From: Spirochaetales bacterium
GTDB lineage: Bacteria > Spirochaetota > Spirochaetia > Treponematales > Treponemataceae
Length of the DNA: 64,000 nucleotides
Assembly (NCBI GenBank): GCA_029098225.1
Contig: JAQXNX010000032.1
Coordinates: 256,005 to 320,004 of the forward strand
Reading direction: 5' to 3'
Within the stretch, counting starts at the first letter, position 1, and each line of letters opens with the position of its first letter. Both the position numbers and the translations under genes were made by a program. Under the pieces are notes generated by a model. It was given only the letters and a program-made list of their open reading frames with translations, ran no database searches and had not been told where the DNA came from. Of this stretch, positions 40,773 through 50,696 are shown in pieces.

Positions 40773-40805
40773 TTTTAAGCCCAGCAGTCAGATACAGCAA
40801 AATAT

Positions 40806-41102
40806 TTATATATTGTATTTTCGCTTTTCTTCCTGTTCTGCGGGCCTATACAAAATAGCCGTAAAGCCGATTATTCTTACAAGCGAAGCATCTGTTTTTT
40901 GAGAAAGCTCATTTACTAATTCTCTGATTTCGTCTTTAAATTCATTAAACTTTATTTTAATAAGTTCATGAGCAGCAAGAGAATTTTCTACCATAGAGAC
41001 AACTCCATCTGTAACACCGGCACCACCAACAATCACAACCGGCTGAATATCATGAGCTTCTTTTTCTAAAAATTTTCTTTGTTTGCTATTCAATTCAATC
41101 AT
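40806..41102 (-). CDS. yhbY: YhbY/CRM-domain RNA-binding protein
   Basis: LNSKQRKFLEKEAHDIQPVVIVG, HELIKIK, IIGFTAILYR. Confidence 0.92.
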   Translation of the reverse strand: MIELNSKQRKFLEKEAHDIQPVVIVGGAGVTDGVVSMVENSLAAHELIKIKFNEFKDEIRELVNELSQKTDASLVRIIGFTAILYRPAEQEEKRKYNI

Positions 41103-41115
41103 ATGCCTATTCTAA

Positions 41116-42237
41116 TTATTTAACGAGTTTCACGCAACCATATAAAGTATCATTATAAGTCTTAAAATCTTCAATGATTCTAAAAGCTGTATCAGAAATT
41201 TCTGAAAGTCTTTTTCCTTTTATTATTCCTTCTGCTGCTTCATAATTTTCATAAGCCACCAGAGGGTTAATATATCGCTGCTTTACTTTTAAACTTACAC
41301 AAAAATAACTATCGTTAGTTAGTTCATACTCAGTATGCTCAATTTCTGTCATTGTCCTGAAGGTTTTATAATATTGCTCAAGTCTTTCAGATTTTTTTGC
41401 ATTATCTAATTTCTCAATAACCTCTTTTTCGCTTAAACTCATAAAATCATTTTCAGTTAAAATAAATTCCTTTTCAGCCATGTTCATTATCTGGCCTAAT
41501 AGTTCAAGGGTGAGTTTATTTTCGTTTAATTGAAGAATATGCCCTATCATACAAAAATGACGACAATAAAGTTCTGCAATTTCTAAAGTTTTAAATCCAA
41601 GTTCATCAACTCCGTTTTCATTTTTTAAAATTGTTATATCATCATAACATTTTTTAATTTCTTCAATTTCCCAGCTGCCATCCAGAGCCATTCCCGAAGG
41701 AAACATATACTCAAGACGATCAGCACTAAGACAAGGAATTTCATTATCAGCAATCGGATATATATGATAATCGATAATCTGCTCTGCGCTAAGTCCATCT
41801 TCTGAAAGTAAGTCAGCTAATTTTTTATCATTGTAAATAATCTTTGCAGTCGGCGCTTCTGTAACTGTTTGAGTTAATGCATCGCCTTTGCGAAAATCAG
41901 ATACATGACTAAAAACCGGAGTAGAAACATCATGAAATAAACCTGCAAGAGTCTGTGCCTTATCATGAGTAAAATGCCAGATTATTAATGCAACACCTAT
42001 ACTATGATCAAGACGTGAATAAAAAAATCTGTTTTTATAAAGACGAGTCCAGTCAGTTCCGCATAAAAGCCCAACACCACTTAAACGCTGCATAACAGGA
42101 AGAGAAATATATTTATCCAGAAAATCAGGATAATCCTGAGGCGGACATAAAATATTAAAGTATTCAGAAATGTTATATTCTTTTTGAGGATGAAGCGAAA
42201 GAATTTTATGCCAGTTATAAGGTTCAAAATAATTCAT
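41116..42237 (-). CDS. HD-domain phosphohydrolase (COG1078/YdhJ-like)
   Basis: SRLDHSIGV, GLFHDVS, FSHVSD, SADRLEY; start re-called to ATG 42237; TTGACT-17-TATAAA at 42284-42256. Confidence 0.88.
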   Translation of the reverse strand: MNYFEPYNWHKILSLHPQKEYNISEYFNILCPPQDYPDFLDKYISLPVMQRLSGVGLLCGTDWTRLYKNRFFYSRLDHSIGVALIIWHFTHDKAQTLAGLFHDVSTPVFSHVSDFRKGDALTQTVTEAPTAKIIYNDKKLADLLSEDGLSAEQIIDYHIYPIADNEIPCLSADRLEYMFPSGMALDGSWEIEEIKKCYDDITILKNENGVDELGFKTLEIAELYCRHFCMIGHILQLNENKLTLELLGQIMNMAEKEFILTENDFMSLSEKEVIEKLDNAKKSERLEQYYKTFRTMTEIEHTEYELTNDSYFCVSLKVKQRYINPLVAYENYEAAEGIIKGKRLSEISDTAFRIIEDFKTYNDTLYGCVKLVK

Positions 42238-42321
42238 TTTTTTCCCAGATAGGTATTTATACACTTGACTAATAACCAAGTCAAGCAGTAACTTTAACAA
42301 AAGATTATTATAAAAAAAGGT

Positions 42322-43605
42322 ATGAATTTGAAAAAACGAAGATTATTTTTATCAATTCTTTTATTATTTTTCAATAACATTTTTGCATCAATGTCTGTAG
42401 ACGAATTTGGCTCTGCAGTTAATGTATCTTCATCTGAACTCTATATAACTGATCCTCTTGGAATCGATGTAAAAGCAAGTCCAAGTGAATATGCAGAAAC
42501 AATAATACATCTTCCGGTAAATACACAGGTCAGGCTTATGTCTCTTTATGGACCAGAAACGACTGTATCTAATGAATGGTCTACATGGGATAGCAACTGG
42601 TGTGCTATTTATATTCCTAGTGGAACCGACTATGAAAACGACTATCAGATTGGATGGATATCTAGTCCATATGAATTATGGTGGTCTCCGACAGAGTTTG
42701 ATACATCCAGCTGGAGAGAAACACAACTCCAGAGTTATTTAATGAGCAGCGTATGGGAAATGGAATATCGAAGTAATGGCTCTGTAAAAAGACGTGCTGT
42801 TGTAACTTTTGATAAATATTCAATCAGAGGATTTGAAGTAATTCCTTACGGAACAGCTGGCTTAGATTTAGGATCTTATGAAGCTTTCAGCGGATCAGTA
42901 ATAGAAATAAAAGACAGCAGAGAACTTTCAAACGGAAATAAAAGACTCTCCATTCGGGAAACTTGTTTTTCTTTTGATGACAAGAACGGTACATATTTCT
43001 TTAAAAAAGTAAATATAGGTTCCATTAATGATATGGATATTTTTAAAGAATATGGAAAAGAAAGTTTTGCAATCGGAATGCTTTATTCAGATTCAAGACA
43101 TTATTTCAGAATGTACTCCAAAGATTATTATAATGATAAAACCGTAGCTGATTATGCATTGCTAAACAGTCCGCAGCAAAATAATCTTATGGCAGTTGCA
43201 ATCACATACGGAATTGTTGCAGATGATTATAAATATAAAAATGTACTTTCAAAATACTGGGATCCATTTATTGAAGAATGTGAAAATAATGCAAAAAGAA
43301 AAAACTATTCATTTAGTAAAATAAAAAAAGAAGCAGATTTCTTTAGCATAAATAAAATGTATGTTACAGACGACAAACTGAAATTGCGTAAAACACCGGA
43401 TATGTCCGGAGAAGTTATTACTGTAATGAACTCCAATACTTTTGTTAACGTTATTGGCTATGGAAAAATGGTAAAAATTGACGGAATGCTTTCTGTATGG
43501 GTAAAAATTGAAGTTTGTGAAAATGCAACAGACAGTTCTGGAAACCCGATTCCATCAGAAACAAAAGGCTGGTGCTTTGGTGCATATCTTTCTGATGCAG
43601 GATAA
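42322..43605 (+). CDS. secreted protein with two bacterial SH3-like domains
   Basis: Signal peptide; C-terminal LKLRKTPDMSGEVITVM...WVKI...GWCFGAYL; N-terminal IDVKASPSEYAETIIHLP...GWIS. Confidence 0.7.
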   Translation: MNLKKRRLFLSILLLFFNNIFASMSVDEFGSAVNVSSSELYITDPLGIDVKASPSEYAETIIHLPVNTQVRLMSLYGPETTVSNEWSTWDSNWCAIYIPSGTDYENDYQIGWISSPYELWWSPTEFDTSSWRETQLQSYLMSSVWEMEYRSNGSVKRRAVVTFDKYSIRGFEVIPYGTAGLDLGSYEAFSGSVIEIKDSRELSNGNKRLSIRETCFSFDDKNGTYFFKKVNIGSINDMDIFKEYGKESFAIGMLYSDSRHYFRMYSKDYYNDKTVADYALLNSPQQNNLMAVAITYGIVADDYKYKNVLSKYWDPFIEECENNAKRKNYSFSKIKKEADFFSINKMYVTDDKLKLRKTPDMSGEVITVMNSNTFVNVIGYGKMVKIDGMLSVWVKIEVCENATDSSGNPIPSETKGWCFGAYLSDAG

Positions 43606-43615
43606 TAAAAAAATA

Positions 43616-45919
43616 ATGACTGACAAAGAAAAAGTTTATTGGGGCTCAGTAATTAAAAAAAGTTTTTATTACACAGAATATACTGCCTATGAAATAAATG
43701 AACTTTCTCAAGGAATAATCCTTACAAAATGGGAAAAAACATATGATCAGGAAGATTGTGCCATAGGAAGACTGGAAAGAATATATTTTAAAACTGAATG
43801 GATTCTCCCGGTTATAAATTTAATCCGTTCAATACCTAAAAAGGAACTTGACCGGGGAACAGATGATTCCGGTTATGGTGAATGGGAAAGAAAAATTTCG
43901 TTAGCTTCAGATAACAGCACAGAAAAATCCGAAACAACTATAGTTTTTACAAACCGGGATTATGACCGCTCATCACCAAAACTGGAAATTTATATCTACT
44001 CTGATAAATCTGAAAAACTGAATGACGAACTGTCTCCTTACGCTGTCTGGGAAAATGACAGATTAAATAATATTTATCTTCCTCACGGCCACCATACTGA
44101 AGGTTATATAGAATACATAGAACCAATTCTAATTAAACTGGAAAAATATGTTCCGCAGAAAGAACGTAAAAAAATAAATTCGCCGCTTGGAAAACCAAAA
44201 ACAGAACTGGAAAAAATTACAGAAATCTACGAACATAGAATTTCGGAAAATCCGCAGAAAAAAAATGAACCGTATTTGCAATGGATAAAAAAACAAACTG
44301 ATAATAATTATTACGACATCACAGCTCTGGTATTTTTTGAAGGAAAGCTTAACTATGAAAAAACACTTTCCTGCAATGTATTCCAGATGGCAATGATAAA
44401 TAAATACTTCAAACAATGGTCTAGTGACATAAAAACGATTCCATACAAAAAAGAAAATATTGATTTAAAAATAGAAATTTCTGATAAATCTGAATATGAA
44501 AATTATTTAAACGTTAAAATTTTCATATTCGAAGATGAAGACGATTATTTTGAAATTCCAGTTTCAACTGCTGCTGAACAAAATCCATTTTATGATTTAT
44601 GCAGTTTTACAGAGGCCGAAAAGATTTCCACTCATTACCTTCGCGGACTTCATGCATTTTTAGAAAACGAAAATCTTGTCCTTAAATGGTATTACGAAAA
44701 TTACAAAATAAGTGATGAACACTCAAATCAGTTTTTAATTGAAAAAACTCAGGTTTCACAGTTTTTAAAATTATTTAAAGAGCTTGAAAATATTTATTTA
44801 TTATGGCATGGAGATTTTGGAGGAGAATATATTAATAATCCAAATGTTTTCCTTGAATACGGCTATCGCGAAAAAGGTGATTTTGAATTCAGATTGCCTG
44901 GTTCAACAGCTCTTCCTGTTACAGATTTTTATGTCAGGAATAATAAAATAAACGGTTCCGAAAGCCTGCTTTCTCTGAAATGCTTTGGAGGAGATTTTTT
45001 ATCTGAGCTTCAGAAAATAATAAAATGTGTAGAAAAAGCTTTTTATGAAAATCCTGCTGCCTTCTTTAAGAAAGATTATGCAAAAGTTTACTGGGAACTT
45101 GACTACGATTATGCAGGACAATATAGCGTCCATTATTTTATTTGGCAATTTGAAGGTCATAACAAAAATAAAAAAATAAAGCTTCCGAAAGAATTAATTT
45201 ATAGAATTGAAGAATATTCTTTCTGGTGGTGGCAGGCAACAGATCATAATGAAAAACTTACATTTGAAGATGTTCGTCTTTTCTTTGAAATTAATCCCGC
45301 TTCTGATAAAACTGGCTTAGGTACTGTAGAAATAAATTTTAAGAAAATAATAGATGCTTCTGTAAAAGCATATTTTGATTTATCCGATGGAAACAATCTT
45401 CCAAAATCTTTTTATGGGAACACTTGCAAAGAAAGGATTGTAAGAAAAGTTGAAATTAATAAAACCCCTGATTTAAAATATCGTTCAAGATTTTTTTCTA
45501 AAAAAGATAAAATGAAACCTTCAAATTATATTTTCATAAATTATTATGAAAGCAAATATCTTGAAATTGAAAAAAATGAAGAAAAATTCTGGGCAATAGA
45601 AAAATGTTATTTTGATGATTTTAAAAATTCTTTGAATGAAATTTATGAATATTTAAAAATCAAAAAAAATAAAATCGCAAAATTACTTGAACCGGAACTT
45701 AAAAACATATACGATAAGAAAGGTTTTCATATTGATATAACTGAACAGAGGCTTGCAATAAACTGCGATATAAACCTTAAACCGGATGATTATATTCCTC
45801 TGGACATTACAATTTATTCAAAATCAGGATTTGACTGCGACTGTATTTCTTTAATAGGTTCAAGAAAAATACTTCTCTGGCAGATGGAAATTTTAATCGC
45901 AGCATTAAATAAAATTTAA
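43616..45919 (+). CDS. large AT-rich hypothetical protein
   Basis: 767-codon open frame, aromatic/Lys/Glu-rich, no signal peptide; start re-called to ATG 43616 to avoid overlap with the SH3 gene. Confidence 0.75.
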   Translation: MTDKEKVYWGSVIKKSFYYTEYTAYEINELSQGIILTKWEKTYDQEDCAIGRLERIYFKTEWILPVINLIRSIPKKELDRGTDDSGYGEWERKISLASDNSTEKSETTIVFTNRDYDRSSPKLEIYIYSDKSEKLNDELSPYAVWENDRLNNIYLPHGHHTEGYIEYIEPILIKLEKYVPQKERKKINSPLGKPKTELEKITEIYEHRISENPQKKNEPYLQWIKKQTDNNYYDITALVFFEGKLNYEKTLSCNVFQMAMINKYFKQWSSDIKTIPYKKENIDLKIEISDKSEYENYLNVKIFIFEDEDDYFEIPVSTAAEQNPFYDLCSFTEAEKISTHYLRGLHAFLENENLVLKWYYENYKISDEHSNQFLIEKTQVSQFLKLFKELENIYLLWHGDFGGEYINNPNVFLEYGYREKGDFEFRLPGSTALPVTDFYVRNNKINGSESLLSLKCFGGDFLSELQKIIKCVEKAFYENPAAFFKKDYAKVYWELDYDYAGQYSVHYFIWQFEGHNKNKKIKLPKELIYRIEEYSFWWWQATDHNEKLTFEDVRLFFEINPASDKTGLGTVEINFKKIIDASVKAYFDLSDGNNLPKSFYGNTCKERIVRKVEINKTPDLKYRSRFFSKKDKMKPSNYIFINYYESKYLEIEKNEEKFWAIEKCYFDDFKNSLNEIYEYLKIKKNKIAKLLEPELKNIYDKKGFHIDITEQRLAINCDINLKPDDYIPLDITIYSKSGFDCDCISLIGSRKILLWQMEILIAALNKI

Positions 45920-45975
45920 AATACATTAATTCCCGCTACCCCGCCAATAACGCGGACAATAAATATGGATGAAAT

Positions 45976-47757
45976 ATGAAAAAAATAGTAGCAATTATTT
46001 TTGCATTCGTTATCGCAGGTACAGTTTTTGCAGACGATGGAGGTTCTTACAAGCCCGAAGACTGGACATATGGCAATATATATGTAAAAGAGCCTAACGA
46101 CAAAATCGCTTTAGAAAAAGAACTGATAATAGTTGAGCAGACCAGTACATGGTATAGCGATGAAACAATAAGTGAGAAAGTTCACGGAAACGAAGTAACC
46201 GCAATTTTTGGTTTTAAAAACACTACTCCACAAAAAGTTGTTGTACCTTGTGCCTTTCCTGTTGTAGTAACTACACAGGTTGTCGTAAACAGCGATGGCA
46301 CAGTTTCAAATTATATAAATACTGGTAACGGTTTTTCTTCAGATATAAATTTATTGTCTTTCGCAATGGGGAAAAAACTGGAAATAAATAGCAATGATTA
46401 TTCATACAATTTAAACACAGATAAAAATGAATTCTTTGCTCTGGATAAAAAACTAAGAACACTTAGTATTAATCAATATCTTTCTGAACTGAAAAAATAC
46501 AATACTGAATATGGTGAATTAAATCCATGTCAGATAATACAAAATGGAAAACCTGTTCAAATTCAAACAGTTGGAATAGAAACTTCAATAGAAAAAAATA
46601 GTGAATACACAGAAGATCTGCAATATTATAATTCATATTACCGCTCTGAAAATACAGATTCTGAAGTTTATACACTCAAAATGGTTCTTCATTTTTACCA
46701 CGAATTGACTTTTGAACCTTCAGATTCTTCTGTGCTAAATGTTCATTATTCTATTTATACAGAAAAAAGAAATTACCGCTCAATTAATTACAATTTTTAT
46801 TATGATATTTCTACAGGAGGAACCTGGAAAGGAAATATAAAATCCTTTGTTATTATTACAGACAGCGGAATCACTTTTGAAAATTCTGAACAAAGATTCG
46901 AAAACTCAGATCTCGGCGAGTTAGGCAATTCTTACAGTACTTATATTTATGCGACAGAAAATTATAAACCTCAGAAAAATGAATATTTCATTTTTAATAC
47001 AACAGATATGTTCCAGGAATCAAATTTATATTTACCAAACAATGATGGACCACAGGATTTTGTTACTAATATCAAGGCTTCATCAACACTTCCCGGAACA
47101 TACAAAATGGCCTGCGATAACAGCGGTGACTGGGCAAATATGGACAATAATTTAATAGATTCAAATTACGCAGCAAAAACTTCATTTGATGGAAATCTTT
47201 TAAACGGCTGGGTTGAAGGTGTTAAAGGCGATGGAATTGGAGAATGGATTGAATTCACTCTCACAAAAAATGCGATAGGACCATTTGCTACAAACGGGCT
47301 ACGACGTTTTGGCGGTTCAAAAGACTATGAAAATATGCAATTCGACAAAGGAAATTATGATTACCCGGACTACAGTATTTATAATAAGACAGGCGCACTC
47401 GATGGCACATGGAAAGCAAACAATCGTATAGAATCAATGACTCTAAGTAACTCAGCTGGTAAAAAAATCTCAACTCTATATTTTACCAATACTTTTCCTG
47501 AATTATATAACGCAAAATATACCTGGCTTGCAATTAACTCGATAGTTAATCCAATGGTATTAGGAAAAGGCACATACAGAATGACTATAGAAAATGTTTA
47601 TAAAGGCGAAAAATGGGATGATACAGTTTTAGGTGAAGTATGGTTTATTCCTATCAATAATTTAGCTGCAAAAATTATTATGCAAGACAAGTTTTTCAGC
47701 ACACCTTTAAATAACTTTATCAAAAAATGTCTGTCTGTTTACCATTTTGTAGAATAA
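45976..47757 (+). CDS. secreted DUF4424-like protein with C-terminal NADase-type/discoidin-like glycan-binding domain
   Basis: Signal peptide; IALEKELI...FKNTT...AFP...YDISTGGTWKGNI; FDGN...WVEGVKGDGIGEWIEF...NNRI...VYKGEKWDDTVLGEV. Confidence 0.65.
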   Translation: MKKIVAIIFAFVIAGTVFADDGGSYKPEDWTYGNIYVKEPNDKIALEKELIIVEQTSTWYSDETISEKVHGNEVTAIFGFKNTTPQKVVVPCAFPVVVTTQVVVNSDGTVSNYINTGNGFSSDINLLSFAMGKKLEINSNDYSYNLNTDKNEFFALDKKLRTLSINQYLSELKKYNTEYGELNPCQIIQNGKPVQIQTVGIETSIEKNSEYTEDLQYYNSYYRSENTDSEVYTLKMVLHFYHELTFEPSDSSVLNVHYSIYTEKRNYRSINYNFYYDISTGGTWKGNIKSFVIITDSGITFENSEQRFENSDLGELGNSYSTYIYATENYKPQKNEYFIFNTTDMFQESNLYLPNNDGPQDFVTNIKASSTLPGTYKMACDNSGDWANMDNNLIDSNYAAKTSFDGNLLNGWVEGVKGDGIGEWIEFTLTKNAIGPFATNGLRRFGGSKDYENMQFDKGNYDYPDYSIYNKTGALDGTWKANNRIESMTLSNSAGKKISTLYFTNTFPELYNAKYTWLAINSIVNPMVLGKGTYRMTIENVYKGEKWDDTVLGEVWFIPINNLAAKIIMQDKFFSTPLNNFIKKCLSVYHFVE

Positions 47758-49206
47758 AAATAAACAGACAATAATTGAAAAGAATGATCCTATTGGGGCC
47801 GCGAGTCCCATAGGGTAAAGTGTCTGTGGAAATTTAATGGAAGCCAAAAGTGCACCAGGAATTCTGAAAATTACTATTGAAAGAATATTATGGATAAATG
47901 AATAAAAGGATTTTCCATAGGCACAGAAAAATCCGCTGAAGCAAAAATGAACGCCGGCAAAAATACAGTCCAGCGTATATGCGCGAAGATAACCCGCTCC
48001 AAGTATAATAACCTGCGGTTCATTCGATGAAAAAAACTGAAGGATTCTTTCTGCCCAAAACTGGCAGACTGTAAAAACAACTGCACCAAATCCAATACAA
48101 ATTAAAACAGCGTAAAAGAGTGTTCTTTGTGCCCGCATATGCTGCTGTGCTCCTGCATTCTGAGAAGAAATTGCAGAAACAGAAGAAAGCATAGCAGAAG
48201 GAACAAGAAATAAGAAACAGATGATTTTTTCTACAATTCCAACAGCAGCAGCTACCTGAACTCCACGAGAATTTGCAATGGCTGTAATAACCATAAAAGA
48301 AACCTGAATTAAACCTTCCTGAATTGCAATTGGTAAACCGATTTTGAGCATATGAGAAATTATAGAAGTATTAAAACTAAAATCAGATTTTGAAAGAGCT
48401 AATTCACCAAAAGTTTTTTTTGCTCCGGAAGGATTTCCACCACCGGCAATGTTTTCGCTATGAGAAATATTTCCACCACCGGCAATGTTTTCCCGGCGCC
48501 CAAAATCTGAAGTCATTTTTCTTAAAGAAAACAATGCAAAAATTACGCTCAACGCCTGAGAAATAATTGTTGCACTTGCAGCACCTGCTGCTCCCCAATG
48601 AAATCCGCCAATAAAAATAAAATCAAGAATAATATTAAAAACACCGGCAAAAAGTACAAAATACATCGGACTCTTTGTATTTCCCAATCCCCGAAAAATA
48701 CTGCTTAAAAGATTATAGGCCGTAATAAATGGAAGCCCGGCAAAGCAGATTATTACATATTTATAAGTTTCAGAAAAAGCTTCTTCCGGTGTAAAAATTA
48801 AATGCAAAATTGGATTCGCAAAAATAATAAGAACTATAGTTGAAAATGCAGCAATTATTGAAAAAATTAAAATAGAATTTCCAATTACACAAGAAAGTTT
48901 TTTATTATCTTTTTCACCTACACAACGACCAATACTTACAGTTACTCCCATAGCAAAACCTGCCAGCATAACTGTAAACATATGCATAAGTTGACTTCCC
49001 GAAGAAACAGCAGAAATAGAAGTTGCTCCGTAAAACTGACCGATTATAAAAATATCTGCAAGTCCATAAAAAGTCTGCAAAAAACACGAAAGCAGATAAG
49101 GAAGCGAAAATTTTATAAGAACAGAAAAAACGTTTCCCTCTGTAAGATTTTTTGAAATTTTACTACCTGAACTTACAACCTGAATATCTGCATTATTTTT
49201 CGACAT
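47707..49206 (-). CDS. MATE family efflux transporter
   Basis: LTEGNVFSVLIKFSLP, LQTFYGLAD, IFRGLGNTKSP, about 12 TM segments. Confidence 0.93.
   Translation of the reverse strand: MSKNNADIQVVSSGSKISKNLTEGNVFSVLIKFSLPYLLSCFLQTFYGLADIFIIGQFYGATSISAVSSGSQLMHMFTVMLAGFAMGVTVSIGRCVGEKDNKKLSCVIGNSILIFSIIAAFSTIVLIIFANPILHLIFTPEEAFSETYKYVIICFAGLPFITAYNLLSSIFRGLGNTKSPMYFVLFAGVFNIILDFIFIGGFHWGAAGAASATIISQALSVIFALFSLRKMTSDFGRRENIAGGGNISHSENIAGGGNPSGAKKTFGELALSKSDFSFNTSIISHMLKIGLPIAIQEGLIQVSFMVITAIANSRGVQVAAAVGIVEKIICFLFLVPSAMLSSVSAISSQNAGAQQHMRAQRTLFYAVLICIGFGAVVFTVCQFWAERILQFFSSNEPQVIILGAGYLRAYTLDCIFAGVHFCFSGFFCAYGKSFYSFIHNILSIVIFRIPGALLASIKFPQTLYPMGLAAPIGSFFSIIVCLFLFYKMVNRQTFFDKVI
48433..48492. repeat. 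24-bp direct repeat (36-bp period) inside the MATE gene
   Basis: ATTTCCACCACCGGCAATGTTTTC at 48433-48456 and 48469-48492; encodes ENIAGGGN twice. Confidence 0.9.
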
Positions 49207-49408
49207 TGAGTCAGTTTATATAAAAATCTCTCTTCATGCAATAATTCTTTCATTTACATTATGTTTTTTTCATGCTATATATTTATCAAAATGTAAGGCA
49301 TTCAAGCCATGCAAGAAAATGATTTCTCATGCAATAACAAGAGCTTTGCAAAATCTTTTTGAAAACGAAATAAAAATGCTGAATATTTAAAAAAGCGAGG
49401 ACTAAAAA

Positions 49409-49927
49409 ATGAATTCAAATTTTGATGATATAAACGAAGACTCACTTCCACTTACAGATGAAGCCGAAGACTATACACAAATTGAAGAAAAATTTTTTGA
49501 AAACGTTCGCAACGGAAAAAAATATCAGCATTTTTTAAATTTAAGCGCTCAAATTGATTGTTTCATGATTCGCAGCATGCTTGCTTCTATGGACATTCCA
49601 ACATACACAGAAGGCGAAAATGTAAATAATATTTATGGCGGCGCTTCGACATGCTTAACTAGTGTATTTAAAATAAAATTATATATTTTAATTGAAGATT
49701 ATGAAGAAGCATTTGAAGTTGTAAAAGGTTATATAAAAAATAAAGCAGAAACTCTCGCTGGGCGCGACGGAAAAGACAAATATATTAAAGTATTTGAATT
49801 GCTTGCCGCGCCATACATAATTTCAAATTCGCAGGAAATGCTTGGAATTGTAGTTTTGCCTAAAAAAACAGAAGAAGAAAAAAAATCAAAAAAAGGATTA
49901 TTCCGTCGACTTTTCAAAGATGAATAA
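49409..49927 (+). CDS. DUF2007-like (putative signal-transducing) domain protein
   Basis: AQIDCFMIRSMLASMDIPTYTEGEN...IKLYILIEDYEEAFEVV; GAGG SD. Confidence 0.6.
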   Translation: MNSNFDDINEDSLPLTDEAEDYTQIEEKFFENVRNGKKYQHFLNLSAQIDCFMIRSMLASMDIPTYTEGENVNNIYGGASTCLTSVFKIKLYILIEDYEEAFEVVKGYIKNKAETLAGRDGKDKYIKVFELLAAPYIISNSQEMLGIVVLPKKTEEEKKSKKGLFRRLFKDE

Positions 49928-49985
49928 ATCTACAAAATCTATTTTAACCATCTCAATCTGAATCTGTTAAAATTCTTCTTTAGTC

Positions 49986-50696
49986 TTAATTACTTTTAAA
50001 TCCAATCAAATCCATAATCTGATAAAAATATTCCCAGTAAAAATCTGCACTATCTTGCAGCTGCTGAATATTTTCTTCACATAACTGAACTTTATATTTT
50101 CCATTAAAAATCAGATAATTGAATAAATGATAAACCTTTTTTTCATCATCAGATAAATCCGAAAAACTTATTTTTTCCAGAACAGATTTATCTTCCAGAA
50201 AAATATACGACTGAATTCCATAATCAAGATCCATACAGTAATAATAAAGTCGTTCATCAAAGGTTGTCGGATCATCCTTTGCATTTCCCCAAATCATCCA
50301 TGGAAAAATATCCAGATTAAATTTATCTATTGGCTTGTCATAAGAAGCGTAATTGAATGACCCCTTGTTCCAGGAATTTGTAACTAATTTTCCATTTTTA
50401 TCATATACAGCTTCACGGCCATCTTCGTTTACATAAATCTCGTTTTCATTTTCGCCACGCATTCTATGAATATTTATTTCATGTGTATTTTTCAAAATAA
50501 AATTTATTATAGAAAGATTTTCATCGGGAATTTCTTTTAAAATATTTATTCCCATTTTCTTTAAACCTTTATCAAGACATTCAGCAGATTCTTTTTCTTT
50601 ATAAGATTTTTCAAATGCTTTCAGCATATTAGTTTCAGCAAAAATACTTACGGCTGCAATCACTAAAAACAAACCAAAACAAAAACCTTTTTTCAT
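49986..50696 (-). CDS. secreted hypothetical protein
   Basis: MKKGFCFGLFLVIAAVSIFA signal peptide; AAGGAG SD. Confidence 0.75.
   Translation of the reverse strand: MKKGFCFGLFLVIAAVSIFAETNMLKAFEKSYKEKESAECLDKGLKKMGINILKEIPDENLSIINFILKNTHEINIHRMRGENENEIYVNEDGREAVYDKNGKLVTNSWNKGSFNYASYDKPIDKFNLDIFPWMIWGNAKDDPTTFDERLYYYCMDLDYGIQSYIFLEDKSVLEKISFSDLSDDEKKVYHLFNYLIFNGKYKVQLCEENIQQLQDSADFYWEYFYQIMDLIGFKSN

Noticed and set aside
41116-42237. HD protein as an anti-phage dNTPase
   Set aside because: Ordinary COG1078-like length and motifs, adjacent to yhbY, no recognisable defence genes next to it.
49235-49337. 37-bp periodicity as a degenerate CRISPR or iteron array
   Set aside because: Only a 5-7 nt core repeats; no long repeat, cas or rep gene.
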